Of a stretch of 64,000 nucleotides of DNA, positions 1-9,799 are shown one piece after another. The first letter of the stretch is position 1. Every line of letters starts with the position of its first letter. Source of the stretch: Mustelus asterias (taxonomy: Eukaryota); contig NC_135821.1 in the NCBI RefSeq assembly GCF_964213995.1, positions 56,730,001-56,794,000 on the forward strand. Direction: 5' to 3'. Both the position numbers and the translations under genes were made by a program. The notes under the pieces are model-generated. The model worked only from the letters and a program-made list of their open reading frames with translations, was not told the DNA's origin and made no database searches.

Positions 1-1376
1 GGTACATTTCCCAAAAACATGATGTTCTCTGAATATGTTTATTCCTACATTCAGTAACTTTTAGTCTGCACCTTCACATCATTTCAGACGGAGAGTCACC
101 AAGTATCAGTTACAGGGATTGCTGTAATATGAGTTGGATGCAATTCAGAGTTTGCTCACTCTGTCCAATTCTTTGTCAACATTCATTAAACCTTAACCTT
201 GTTAAACCACTCCACTCTATGCCGTCTCCGGGAGTAATTGCCTGCTTAGTGGTATACCGTGGTCTTTTTTGGGTGGTGCCTTTTAGACGTCAAGAGTTGG
301 AATTAAACTGCACAAAATAATTACGCGTAGTATCCTGATTTATAATTTTTAATAAATAAATGACTGATGTCAGATAATCATGTAAAACAATATCTCAAAG
401 ATGTAGTGTCGCTCGCTTTGAGAACAGCGTTACTGCTGTAATACAGAAGAATTGGCAATGAGGGTTAACCTTTAGATAAGGTTAAGATAAAGAGGGTTAT
501 AACTAATAGCCTGTATAATCCTTTGAGGACTGCATTACTACAACTCTTACGCCTAAGTACTTTAGGCATTTCCATTACTTACTATAGTTGTTGGTTTAAT
601 TTGTAGGGAAATAGCGAAAGCTCTGAAAAATTAATGTGAATTGCATCAGCGTTCTTCAATTTCAATATCATACCTTTCTCAGCCAAAGCTCTTTAAGAAG
701 AGAAGGATAGTATTAAGTGTTCAATTACCAAACTGCAACTTGGCCTCACATATAAGCAAAACATTCAGTCCAATGATATGAAATATCTATTTGGTCTTAA
801 GCTGATTTTAGGGGTTTTTTTATCAGTAGAAATTACATGAGATTAGCACTTTCATATAAAGACCGATCTTGGCTGTTCCACATCACACCTGTTCACCAAG
901 AGATCAGGAAGGGACTTGTTCAAAGGAACGAATTGCTGTTGTTGAACAGACATAAAAACGGCTCTTGTGACAGATTCTTGTGCAGGAGCCAAAACCAACA
1001 TCAAACCATCGTCACATTATTTGGTAAAAGAGCAGCAGATCTTTGTCCAACTGTGAGAACTCTGATCAGGTTTAACTCAATCCAGAATCATTTCCTTTAA
1101 TGTCTGGATTTAAATCAAGAGCATGTAACTAAGACATCAAAACAGGTTCTTCAGTCGATTCCATTTAAGTAAAAACAGGACAGGTTGGTATCCGAATTTG
1201 TAGCACAAGGACCTGGCACACACATAGTTAACATGGGACTGAACACAGTACTGCCCACAGAGTGATGTAAGAGAATAGATGACCCGCACCTAGGGTGTCA
1301 GCCTGCTGTTGATCAGAGCCATGTGCACAAGCAAGCAAGCAGTTCCTAGCTTGAACCCTTTACTGTATACATGTAA

Positions 1377-1428
1377 AGGTAAAGTTGGCATAGTTCCAGA
1401 TGACTGGTGGTGATTTAACCTGAGGATC
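1377..1428 (-). mobile_element. SINE-like repeat, left part (split by the CR1 insertion; continues 7566-7690)
   Basis: ...ctggtggtgatttaacctgagGATC joins GATCaccacccctcaggtgaggggaaaggttgag at 7566, reconstituting a common shark SINE-like repeat (recalled). Confidence 0.65.
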
Positions 1429-3200
1429 TTTGTTGTTTGGATTTAATATCAGTTGTTTGGATTTAATCTCAGTTGTTTGGATTTAATATCAGTTGTTGTG
1501 GATTTAATCTCAGTTGTTTGGGTTTAATCTCAGTTGTTTGGGTTTAATATCAGTTGTTTGGGTTTAATGTCAGTTGTTTGGGTTTAATCTCAGTTGTTGT
1601 GGATTTAATATCAGTCGTTTGGGTTTAATCTCAGTTGTTTGGATTTAATATCAGTTGTTTGGATTTAATCTCAGTTGTTTGGATTTAATATCAGTTGTTG
1701 TGGATTTAATCTCAGTTGTTTGGGTTTAATCTCAGTTGTTTGGGTTTAATATCAGTTGTTTGGGTTTAATGTCAGTTGTTTGGGTTTAATCTCAGTTGTT
1801 GTGGATTTAATCTCAGTTGTTGTGGATTTAATCTCAGTTGTTTGGGTTTAATCTCAGTTGTTTGGGTTTAATATCAGTTGTTTGGATTTAATATCAGTTG
1901 TTTGGGTTTAATCTCAGTTGTTTGGGTTTAATCTCAGTTGTTTGGGTTTAATCTCAGTTGTTTGGGTTTAATATCAGTTGTTTGGGTTTAATCTCAGTTG
2001 TTTGGGTTTAATCTCAGTTGTTTGGGTTTAATATCAGTTGTTCTGGGTTTAATCTCAGTTGTTTGGGTTTAATCTCAGTTGTTTAGGTTTAATCTCAGTT
2101 GTTTGGGTTTAATCTCAGTTGTTTGGGTTTAATATCAGTTGTTCTGGGTTTAATCTCAGTTGTTTGGGTTTAATATCAGTTGTTTAGGTTTAATCTCAGT
2201 TGTTTTGGGTTTAATCTCAGTTGTTTTGGTTTAATCTCAGTTGTTTGGGTTTAATCTCAGTTGTTTAGGTTTAATCTCAGTTGTTTGGGTTTAATCTCAG
2301 TTGTTTGGGTTTAATATCAGTTGTTCTGGGTTTAATCTCAGTTGTTTGGGTTTAATATCAGTTGTTTAGGTTTAATCTCAGTTGTTTTGGGTTTAATCTC
2401 AGTTGTTTGGGTTTAATCTCAGTTGTTTGGGTTTAATCTCAGTTGTTTGGGTTTAATCTCAGTTGTTTGGGTTTAATCTCAGTTGTTTGGGTTTAATCTC
2501 AGTTGTTTGGATTTAATGTCAGTTGTTTGGATTTAATGTCAGTTGTTTGGATTTAATCTCAGTTGTTTGGGTTTAATCTCAGTTGTTTGGGTTTAATCTC
2601 AGTTGTTTGGGTTTAATCTCAGTTGTTTGGGTTTAATCTCAGTTGTTTGGGTTGAATCTCAGTTGTTTGGGTTTAATCCCAGTTGTTGTGGGTTTAATCT
2701 CAGTTGTTTGGATTTAATCTCAGTGGTTTGGATTTAATCTCAGTTGTTTGGGTTTACTCTCCGTTATTTGGGTTTAATCTCAGTTGTTTGGGTTTAATCT
2801 CAGTGGTTTGGGTTTAATATCAGTTGTTTGGATTTAATCTCAGTTGTTTGGATTTAATCTCAGTTGTTTGGGTTTAATCTCAGTTGTTTGGGTTTAATCT
2901 CAGTTGTTTGGGTTTAATCTCAGTTGTTTGGATTTAATCTCAGTTGTTTGGATTTAATCTCAGTTGTTTGGGTTTAATATCAGTTGTTTGGGTTTAATAT
3001 CAGTTGTTCTGGGTTTAATCTCAGTTGTTTGGGTTTAATCTCAGTTGTTTGGGTTTAATCTCAGTTGTTCTGGGTTTAATCTCAGTTGTTCTGGGTTTAA
3101 TCTCAGTTGTTCTGGGTTTAATCTCAGTTGTTCGGGTTTAATCCCAGTTGTTTGGGTTTAATCTCAGTTGTTTGGGTTTAATATCAGTTGTTAATATCAG
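1429..3200. repeat. Minisatellite, 20-21 bp unit CAGTTGTTTGG(G/A)TTTAAT(C/A)T, roughly 87 copies
   Basis: Directly visible tandem array with variant units and higher-order block duplication. Confidence 0.98.
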
Positions 3201-3531
3201 GGATTTGTTCCCAGGAGCAGGCTGAGGGTAAGAGAGTGGGTTTTCTGACTTTAATTAATTATTTATTTTTTCAGTTAATTTTGGGTTTAAAATCGGAGGT
3301 TTTTTTCAAAACCGGAAGTCGGGCCAGGAGAGGCCTGGGGAAGTTTTTGGAGGGTTTAAAAGCGCACCAAAGTATACAGCGGGCAGCATCGTAGCGGGCA
3401 GCAGAGTGAGTGGGAAGTTGAGTGAGCTGTCAGGGCTTTGGCTCACAGGGCTTGGACGAGCAGGGGTGAGTTTTTGTTTCCTTACACTCTTATTAACTTT
3501 TCACTGTCTTACTTGACATAAAGTGTCCAGT

Positions 3532-4462
3532 ATGAGTGTGAAACCAGTGTGTTGTTCCCAGTGTAGGATGTGGGAGGTCCTGGAGGCATCTGGCCTCCCG
3601 GACATCCACATCTGTGAGGGGTGTGTCGAGCTGCGGTTCCTGAGGGACCGTATTAGGGAGCTGGAACTGCAGCTCGAGGATCTTAGGCTGATGAGGGAGA
3701 ATGAGGAGGTGATAGACAAGAGCTATCATCAGGTGGTCACACCAGGGCAACGGGAGGAGGCCAAGTGGGTGATGGCCAGGAAGGGTAAGGCTAGGGTGGT
3801 TGAGAGCACCCCAGTGGATTTGCCCCTGCACAACAAGTACTCCTGCTTGAGTACTGCTGGGGGGGGACAGCCCGCCTGGGGGAAGCAGCAGTGGCCGTGT
3901 CTCCGCAGTGGAGTCCAGCCCTGTAACTCAGAGGGCTAAGGAAAAGAGGAGGAAGGCGGTATTAATCGGGGACTCGATGGTGAAGGGGAGTGACAGGCGT
4001 TTCTGCGGAGGTAGGCGGGATTCTCGCATGGTGGTCTGCCTCCCTGGGGCCGGGATCCAGGATGTCGCTAGTCGCGTCCCGGAAATCCTGAGGTGGGAGG
4101 GAGAGGAGCCTGAGGTAGCGGTACATATTGGTACCGCTGATGTGGGTAGGAAGGGAGAAGGGGTCATGAAAAGGGAGTACAGGGAATTAGGGAGACAGCT
4201 GAGAAAGAGGAAAGCAAAGGTAGTAATCTCAGGATTACTGCCTGTGCCACGGGAAGGTGAGGGCAGGAATGGAGTGAGGTGGAAGATGAATGTGTGGCTG
4301 AGGGACTGGTGCAGGGGGCAGGGATTCAGGTTCCTGGACCATTGGGACCTCTTTAGGGGCAGGGGTGATCTGTATACAAAAAACGGGTGGAACTTGAATC
4401 ACACGGGGACCAATATCCTGGCCGGTAGGTTGGCTAAGGTTACTGGGGAGAATTTAAACTAG
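3532..4462 (+). CDS. CR1 ORF1 (Cys-finger/leucine zipper + SGNH esterase), broken by one frameshift at G8 run 3859-3866
   Basis: CSQC...CEGC followed by heptad leucines; esterase blocks LIGDSMV, HIGTAD and late GWNLN in the +1 frame. Confidence 0.9.
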
Positions 4463-4467
4463 ATAGG

Positions 4468-7400
4468 TTGGGGGGAGGGGAGCTAGAAGAGTTGACTAGG
4501 ATCAAGGAACTAATTGATGGGGTGGAGGATGCAGGGGTAAGGGGAATTACAAAATTAATGGTAGAGGAGAGGGTGCAAGTGAATGAAGGCGGTAATTTAG
4601 ATAAGGGAGTAGAGGGAGAGGGTGTTCGCGACTCATCAAAGCGGGTCCAGATAAAAGCTGGAATAAGGACACTTTGCCTGAATGCACGAAGCATTCGGAA
4701 CAAGGTAAATGAGTTGATGGTGCAAATCAGCACAAGTGGGTACGATCTAGTGGCCATTACAGAAACGTGGCTGAAAGGTGACCAGGACTGGGAGATGAAT
4801 ATCCAGGGGTATCAGGCGTTTAGGAAGAATAGACAGGAAGGAAAAGGTGGTGGGGTCGCGCTATTAATAAGAGATAATATCAGGGTAGTACTGAGGGATG
4901 ACATAGGCTCTGAGGAACAAAACGTGGAATCATTATGGGTAGAGATGAGGAATAGTAGAGGGAGAAAGACACTAGTAGGTGTGGTATATAGGCCCCCAAA
5001 TAATAATGTTGAGGTAGGGAGGGCTATAAACAAGCAGATAAGGGATGCGTGTAAAAACGGAACGGCAATAATCATGGGGGACTTCAACATGCACATTGAC
5101 TGGCAGACTCAAGTCGGTAAGGGTGGAATGGAGGAAGAGTTCTTAGAATGCTGTCGGGATAGTTTCCTTGAACAGCATGTTACGGAACCGACGAGGGAAC
5201 GAGCTATTTTGGATCTGGTATTGTGTAACGAGGTAGGTAGAATTAAGGATCTTATTGTGAAGGACCCTCTTGGGTCTAGTGACCACAATATGGTCGAATT
5301 TCTGATTCAGATGGAAGAGGAGAAAGTTTGGTCCCAAACCAGTGTCCTCTGTTTGAACAGAGGGAAATATGATAGGATGAGGGATGAATTGGCTAAGGTA
5401 GACTGGGAGAGCAGGCTGGCAGGTAGGATAGCTGAGGAACAGTGGAGGATTTTTAAGGAGATCCTTTTCAGTTCTCAGCAAAAATATATTCCAGCAAAAA
5501 ACAAGGATTGTAAGAAAAGGGAGAACCAGCCGTGGATAACGAAGGAAATAAAGGAGAGTATTAAAATAAAAACAGCTGCGTACAGAGTGGCCAAAAATAG
5601 TGGAGAAACAAGTGATTGGGAAAAATTTAAGAAACAACAAAGAGAGACTAAGAAAGCGATAAAGAAAGGAAGGATAGACTATGAAGCTCGGCTAGCAATT
5701 AATATAAAAAATGATAGTAAAAGTTTTTATAAATATATAAAAAGGAATAGAGTGGCTAGAGTGAATGTTGGACCCTTGGAGGACGAGAGGGGGGAGTTAA
5801 TAGTGGGAAATGAGGATATGGCTGAGTCTTTAAATAAGTTTTTTGTGTCGGTCTTCACGGTGGAGGACACAAATAGTTTGCCAAATATTAACGATAGAGG
5901 GTTGGCAGCAGGAGAAATACTTAATACCATTAATGTTACCAGAGAGGCAGTGCTGGGTAGACTAATGGGACTGAAGGTGGATAAGTCCCCGGGTCCGGAT
6001 GGAATGCATCCCAGGGTATTGAAAGAAATGTCAGAGGTAATAGTGGATGCGTTAGTGATTATTTATCAAAACTCGTTGCATTCTGGGGTAGTGCCGGTTG
6101 ATTGGAAAACGGCTAATGTTACGCCGCTGTTTAAAAAAGGAAGGAGACAAAAGGCGGGTAACTATAGGCCGGTCAGCTTAACGTCTGTAGTAGGGAAAAT
6201 GCTGGAATCCATTATTAAAGAGGAGATAGCAGGGCATCTGGATAGAAATGGTTCGATCAATCAGACGCAGCATGGATTCATGAGGGGAAAGTCGTGCTTG
6301 ACGAACATGTTGGATTTTTATGAAGATGTGACTAGGGCGGTTGATGGAGGAGAACCGGTGGATGCGGTGTTTTTGGATTTCCAAAAGGCGTTTGATAAGG
6401 TGCCCCATAAAAGGCTACTGAAGAAGATTAGGGCACACGGAGTTGGGGGTAGTGTGTTAAAGTGGATTGGGGACTGGCTATCCGACAGGAAGCAAAGAGT
6501 CGGAATAAATGGGTGTTTTTCCGGTTGGAGGAAGGTGACTAGTGGCGTGCCGCAGGGATCGGTACTCGGGCCGCAACTATTTACCATTTATATAGATGAT
6601 CTGGAGGAGGGGACGGAGTGTAGGGTAACGAAATTTGCAGACGACACAAAGATAAGTGGAAAAGTGAATCGTGTGGAGGACGGAGAAGATCTGCAGAGAG
6701 ATTTGGACAGGCTGAGTGAGTGGGCGAGGATATGGCAAATGGAGTATAACGTTGATAAATGCGAGGTTATACACTTTGGAGGAAATAATAACAAATGGGA
6801 TTACTATCTCAATGGAAACAAATTAAAACATGCTACCGTGCAAAGGGACCTGGGGGTCCTTGTGCATGAGACGCAAAAGCCCAGTCTGCAGGTACAACAG
6901 GTGATCAAGAAGGCAAATGGGATGTTGGCCTATATTGCGAAGGGGATAGAATATAAAAGCAGGGATGTCTTGATGCACCTGTACAGGGCATTGGTGAGGC
7001 CGCAGCTGGAATACTGTGTGCAGTATTGGTCCCCTTATATGAGGAAGGATATATTGGCATTGGAGGGAGTGCAGAGAAGGTTCACCAGGTTGATACCGGA
7101 GATGAGGGGTTTGGATTATGAGGAGAGGCTGAGGAGATTGGGTTTGTACTCGTTGGAGTTTAGAAGGATGAGGGGGGATCTTATGGAGACTTATAAGATA
7201 ATGCGGGGGCTGGATAGGGTGGAGGCGGAGAGATTCTTTCCACTTAGTAAGGAAGTTAAAACTAGAGGACACAGCCTCAAAATAAAGGGGGGTCGGTTTA
7301 AGACAGAGTTGAGGAGGAACTTCTTCTCCCAGAGGGTGGTGAATCTCTGGAATTCTCTGCCCACTGAGGTGGTGGAGGCTACCTCGCTGAATATGTTTAA

Positions 7401-7473
7401 AACGCGGATGGATGGATTCCTGATCGGTAAGGGAATTAAGGGTTATGGGGATCAGGCGGGTAAGTGGTACTGA
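4468..7473 (+). CDS. CR1 ORF2: APE endonuclease + reverse transcriptase, uninterrupted
   Basis: LNARS, ITETW, MGDFN, SDHN (APE); NYRPVSLTS, DFQKAFD, GVPQGSVLGP, FADD (RT). True start codon uncertain (first ATG 4558). Confidence 0.97.
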   Translation: MGGGELEELTRIKELIDGVEDAGVRGITKLMVEERVQVNEGGNLDKGVEGEGVRDSSKRVQIKAGIRTLCLNARSIRNKVNELMVQISTSGYDLVAITETWLKGDQDWEMNIQGYQAFRKNRQEGKGGGVALLIRDNIRVVLRDDIGSEEQNVESLWVEMRNSRGRKTLVGVVYRPPNNNVEVGRAINKQIRDACKNGTAIIMGDFNMHIDWQTQVGKGGMEEEFLECCRDSFLEQHVTEPTRERAILDLVLCNEVGRIKDLIVKDPLGSSDHNMVEFLIQMEEEKVWSQTSVLCLNRGKYDRMRDELAKVDWESRLAGRIAEEQWRIFKEILFSSQQKYIPAKNKDCKKRENQPWITKEIKESIKIKTAAYRVAKNSGETSDWEKFKKQQRETKKAIKKGRIDYEARLAINIKNDSKSFYKYIKRNRVARVNVGPLEDERGELIVGNEDMAESLNKFFVSVFTVEDTNSLPNINDRGLAAGEILNTINVTREAVLGRLMGLKVDKSPGPDGMHPRVLKEMSEVIVDALVIIYQNSLHSGVVPVDWKTANVTPLFKKGRRQKAGNYRPVSLTSVVGKMLESIIKEEIAGHLDRNGSINQTQHGFMRGKSCLTNMLDFYEDVTRAVDGGEPVDAVFLDFQKAFDKVPHKRLLKKIRAHGVGGSVLKWIGDWLSDRKQRVGINGCFSGWRKVTSGVPQGSVLGPQLFTIYIDDLEEGTECRVTKFADDTKISGKVNRVEDGEDLQRDLDRLSEWARIWQMEYNVDKCEVIHFGGNNNKWDYYLNGNKLKHATVQRDLGVLVHETQKPSLQVQQVIKKANGMLAYIAKGIEYKSRDVLMHLYRALVRPQLEYCVQYWSPYMRKDILALEGVQRRFTRLIPEMRGLDYEERLRRLGLYSLEFRRMRGDLMETYKIMRGLDRVEAERFFPLSKEVKTRGHSLKIKGGRFKTELRRNFFSQRVVNLWNSLPTEVVEATSLNMFKTRMDGFLIGKGIKGYGDQAGKWY

Positions 7474-7565
7474 TCCACGTCAGATCAGCCATGATCTTAT
7501 TGAATGGCGGGGCAGGCTCGAGGGGCTAGATGGCCTACTCCTGCTCCTATTTCTTATGTTCTTAT

Positions 7566-7690
7566 GATCACCACCCCTCAGGTGAGGGGAAAGGTTGAGA
7601 ACGCTTCATGAATAATGGGTACAGGAACTGAACCCACGCTGTTGGCATTGCTCTGAATCACTTAACCAGCAATCCAGCCAACCAACTCCC
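7566..7690 (-). mobile_element. SINE-like repeat, right part
   Basis: Continuation of 1377-1428; minus strand has B-box-like GGGTTCAGTTCC. Confidence 0.6.
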
Positions 7691-7695
7691 CACCC

Positions 7696-8452
7696 GTAGA
7701 GAATCTGGTGAACTGGTGCAATGACAATAATCTCGACCTCAATGTCAGTGAAACGAAGAAGACAGTCATCGACTTCAGGAAGTGTGCTGGAGGACATGCC
7801 CCTGTCTACATCAATAGGGATGAAGTGGAAATGATCGAGAGTTTCAAGTTTCTAGGTGTCCGGATCACCAACAACCTGTCTTGGTCCCTCCAAGCTATAG
7901 TTAAGAAAGCCCACCAACACCTCTACTTCCTCAGGAGGCTAAGGAAATTTGGCATGTCTGCTACGAATCTCACCAACATTTACAGATGCACCATAGAAAG
8001 AATTTTTTCTGGTTGTATCACAGCTTGGTATGGCTCCTGCTCTGCCCAAGACCGTATGAAACTACAAAGGGTCATGAACGCAAACCAGCCTCCCATCCAT
8101 TGACTCTGTCTAAACTTCCTGCTGCCTCAGAAAAGCAACCAGCATAATCAAGGACCTCACACACCCTGGACATTCTCTCTTCCACCTTCTTCTGTCAGGA
8201 AAAAGATACAACAGTCTGAGGACACATACCAACTGACGCAAGAACAGCTTCTTCCCTGCTGCCATCAGACTTTTGAATGGACCTCCCTCGCATTAAGTTG
8301 ATCTTTCTCTACACCCTAGCTATAACACTACATTCTGCACCCTCTCCTTTCCTTCTCTATGAACGGTATGCTTTGGCTGTATAGCATGCAAGAAGTAATA
8401 CTTTTCACTGCATACTAATACATGTGATAATAATAAATCAAATCAAATCAAA
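7696..8452 (+). mobile_element. Rex1/Babar-type LINE, 5'-truncated
   Basis: WCNDNNLDLNVSETK...FKFLGV...LYFLRRLRKFG...CITAWYG; (AAATC)n tail. Confidence 0.85.
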
Positions 8453-8477
8453 TGTACACAGTCCCTATAGTTCCTCA

Positions 8478-8860
8478 GAACAGAAGAGGCTGATGGGTGA
8501 TCTAATTGAGGTACACAAAATGATGAGGGCCTAGATAAAGTAGACAGGAAAGACCTGCTTCACCTAGCTGCGAGGTTCAATTAGCAGGGGGCATAGATCT
8601 AAGGTGATTGGGAGAAGGATTAGAAGAGTCATGAAGAAAAACTTTTCCACCCAGAGGGTGATGGCCCTCTGGAATTGAGGCTGAAGCACTAACTCATTGG
8701 GAAGGTACCTGGATCTGCAGCTGAAGTGTTACAATCTGCAAGGCCACGGGCCAGTTGCTGGAAAGTGAGATTAAAATGAATGGCTAGTTTATTTTGTTTT
8801 GGGCCGGCATAGACTCAATGGGCAGAGTGGCCTTTTTCCGTGCTGTAATTTTCCTATGGC
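8478..8860 (+). mobile_element. Old CR1 3' fragment
   Basis: Degenerate match to the ORF2 C-terminus and 3' UTR at 7160-7560. Confidence 0.75.
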
Positions 8861-9114
8861 TTTAGATAATACGTGCAGTTAACCTACTTAAGACTACAAC
8901 AACTTCATTAAGGCCTACCGAACGATAAGCAACGCTCTACAACAGAAGTTAAATCTTTATCTTAAAAAAGTTGAGATCTGTCATCATTTGTTGGTGATTA
9001 TGGCTGAGATTAGCTGGAATTCTCCGACCTCGTCCGTGGCTGGGATTCTCCAGTCGCGCTGCAGTAAGTGGAGTTTTGGCATTTTCATCTCACCTTTCAT
9101 GATCTCAGAATTTT

Positions 9115-9395
9115 CTATGAAATGTAGTGACTGTTGCAGCAAACACTGCAACCAAGTGTGCACAGCAAGATCCCACAAACAAAGACAAAATAATAACCCG
9201 ATAATCTATTTTTTCTGAGTAACTTTGGCTGAGGGATCAACATAAGCCAGGACATCAGGAGAACCCCCTCAACTTTCAAACAATGCCATGAGATTCTCTG
9301 TGGACAGACCATTTCCAATTTAATGGCTCACTCAAAAGATGGCTCCACTAACAGTGCAGCTCTCCCTCCGTGCTGTACAGAAGAGTCAGACAACT
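9115..9395 (-). mobile_element. DeuSINE (SacSINE1/AmnSINE1-like) remnant
   Basis: cacagcaagatcccacaaac...gccatgagatt...acagtgcagctctccctccgtgctg resembles the reverse complement of the Deu central domain (recalled). Confidence 0.65.
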
Positions 9396-9405
9396 GCATG
9401 GGGTC

Positions 9406-9639
9406 TGTAATGACTTCAATCAGGCCATTGAGGTTGGCTTATTGGAATATGAACTCCCTGATTAAGGAGTCAATTGATGGGCCAATCAGCGAGTCTTTTC
9501 CTTGTATTTAACTAGGAGTGTCAGTTCCTCTGGCACCCCTGAAGGTAGGCTGCTGACAGATAGCACTCTGTATACTGCTGTTGGAATTGTAAATAAAGGA
9601 TTTTGGTGAAGGGACTTCTGCTTCTGAAGAGTTATTGCA
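9406..9639 (+). mobile_element. Probable solo LTR
   Basis: TG...CA ends with imperfect inverted termini (tgtaatgact / agttattgca), internal AATAAA, near-TSD gggtc/ggctc. Confidence 0.45.
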
Positions 9640-9799
9640 GGCTCAAAGCTGTTACAATGGGATTTGCTTATAGCCTAAATGTTAAGCATCACCTGAGCGA
9701 GCACAGAAATCCCACATGGGAATTCCACATTTATCATAAAAATGTCGTCGGATTTTCCTTCCATGCAAATTAATGAAGGAAAATTGGACAGGATCTGTG

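Larger units (their letters stand above)
1429..7565 (+). mobile_element. Full-length CR1-clade (HER1-like) LINE
   Basis: ORF1 + ORF2 + 3' UTR ending in TTCTTATGTTCTTAT; GATC duplicated at 1425-1428 and 7566-7569. Confidence 0.9.

Noticed and set aside
837-1100. 87-aa ORF in unique sequence
   Set aside because: No recognisable motif or convincing splice structure.
1429-3200. CRISPR array or telomeric repeat
   Set aside because: No unique spacers, no cas genes, eukaryotic context; unit is not TTAGGG.
1371-8456. ATGTA as a TSD around SINE + Rex1 composite
   Set aside because: 5-bp AT-rich match could be chance; elements are in opposite orientation.
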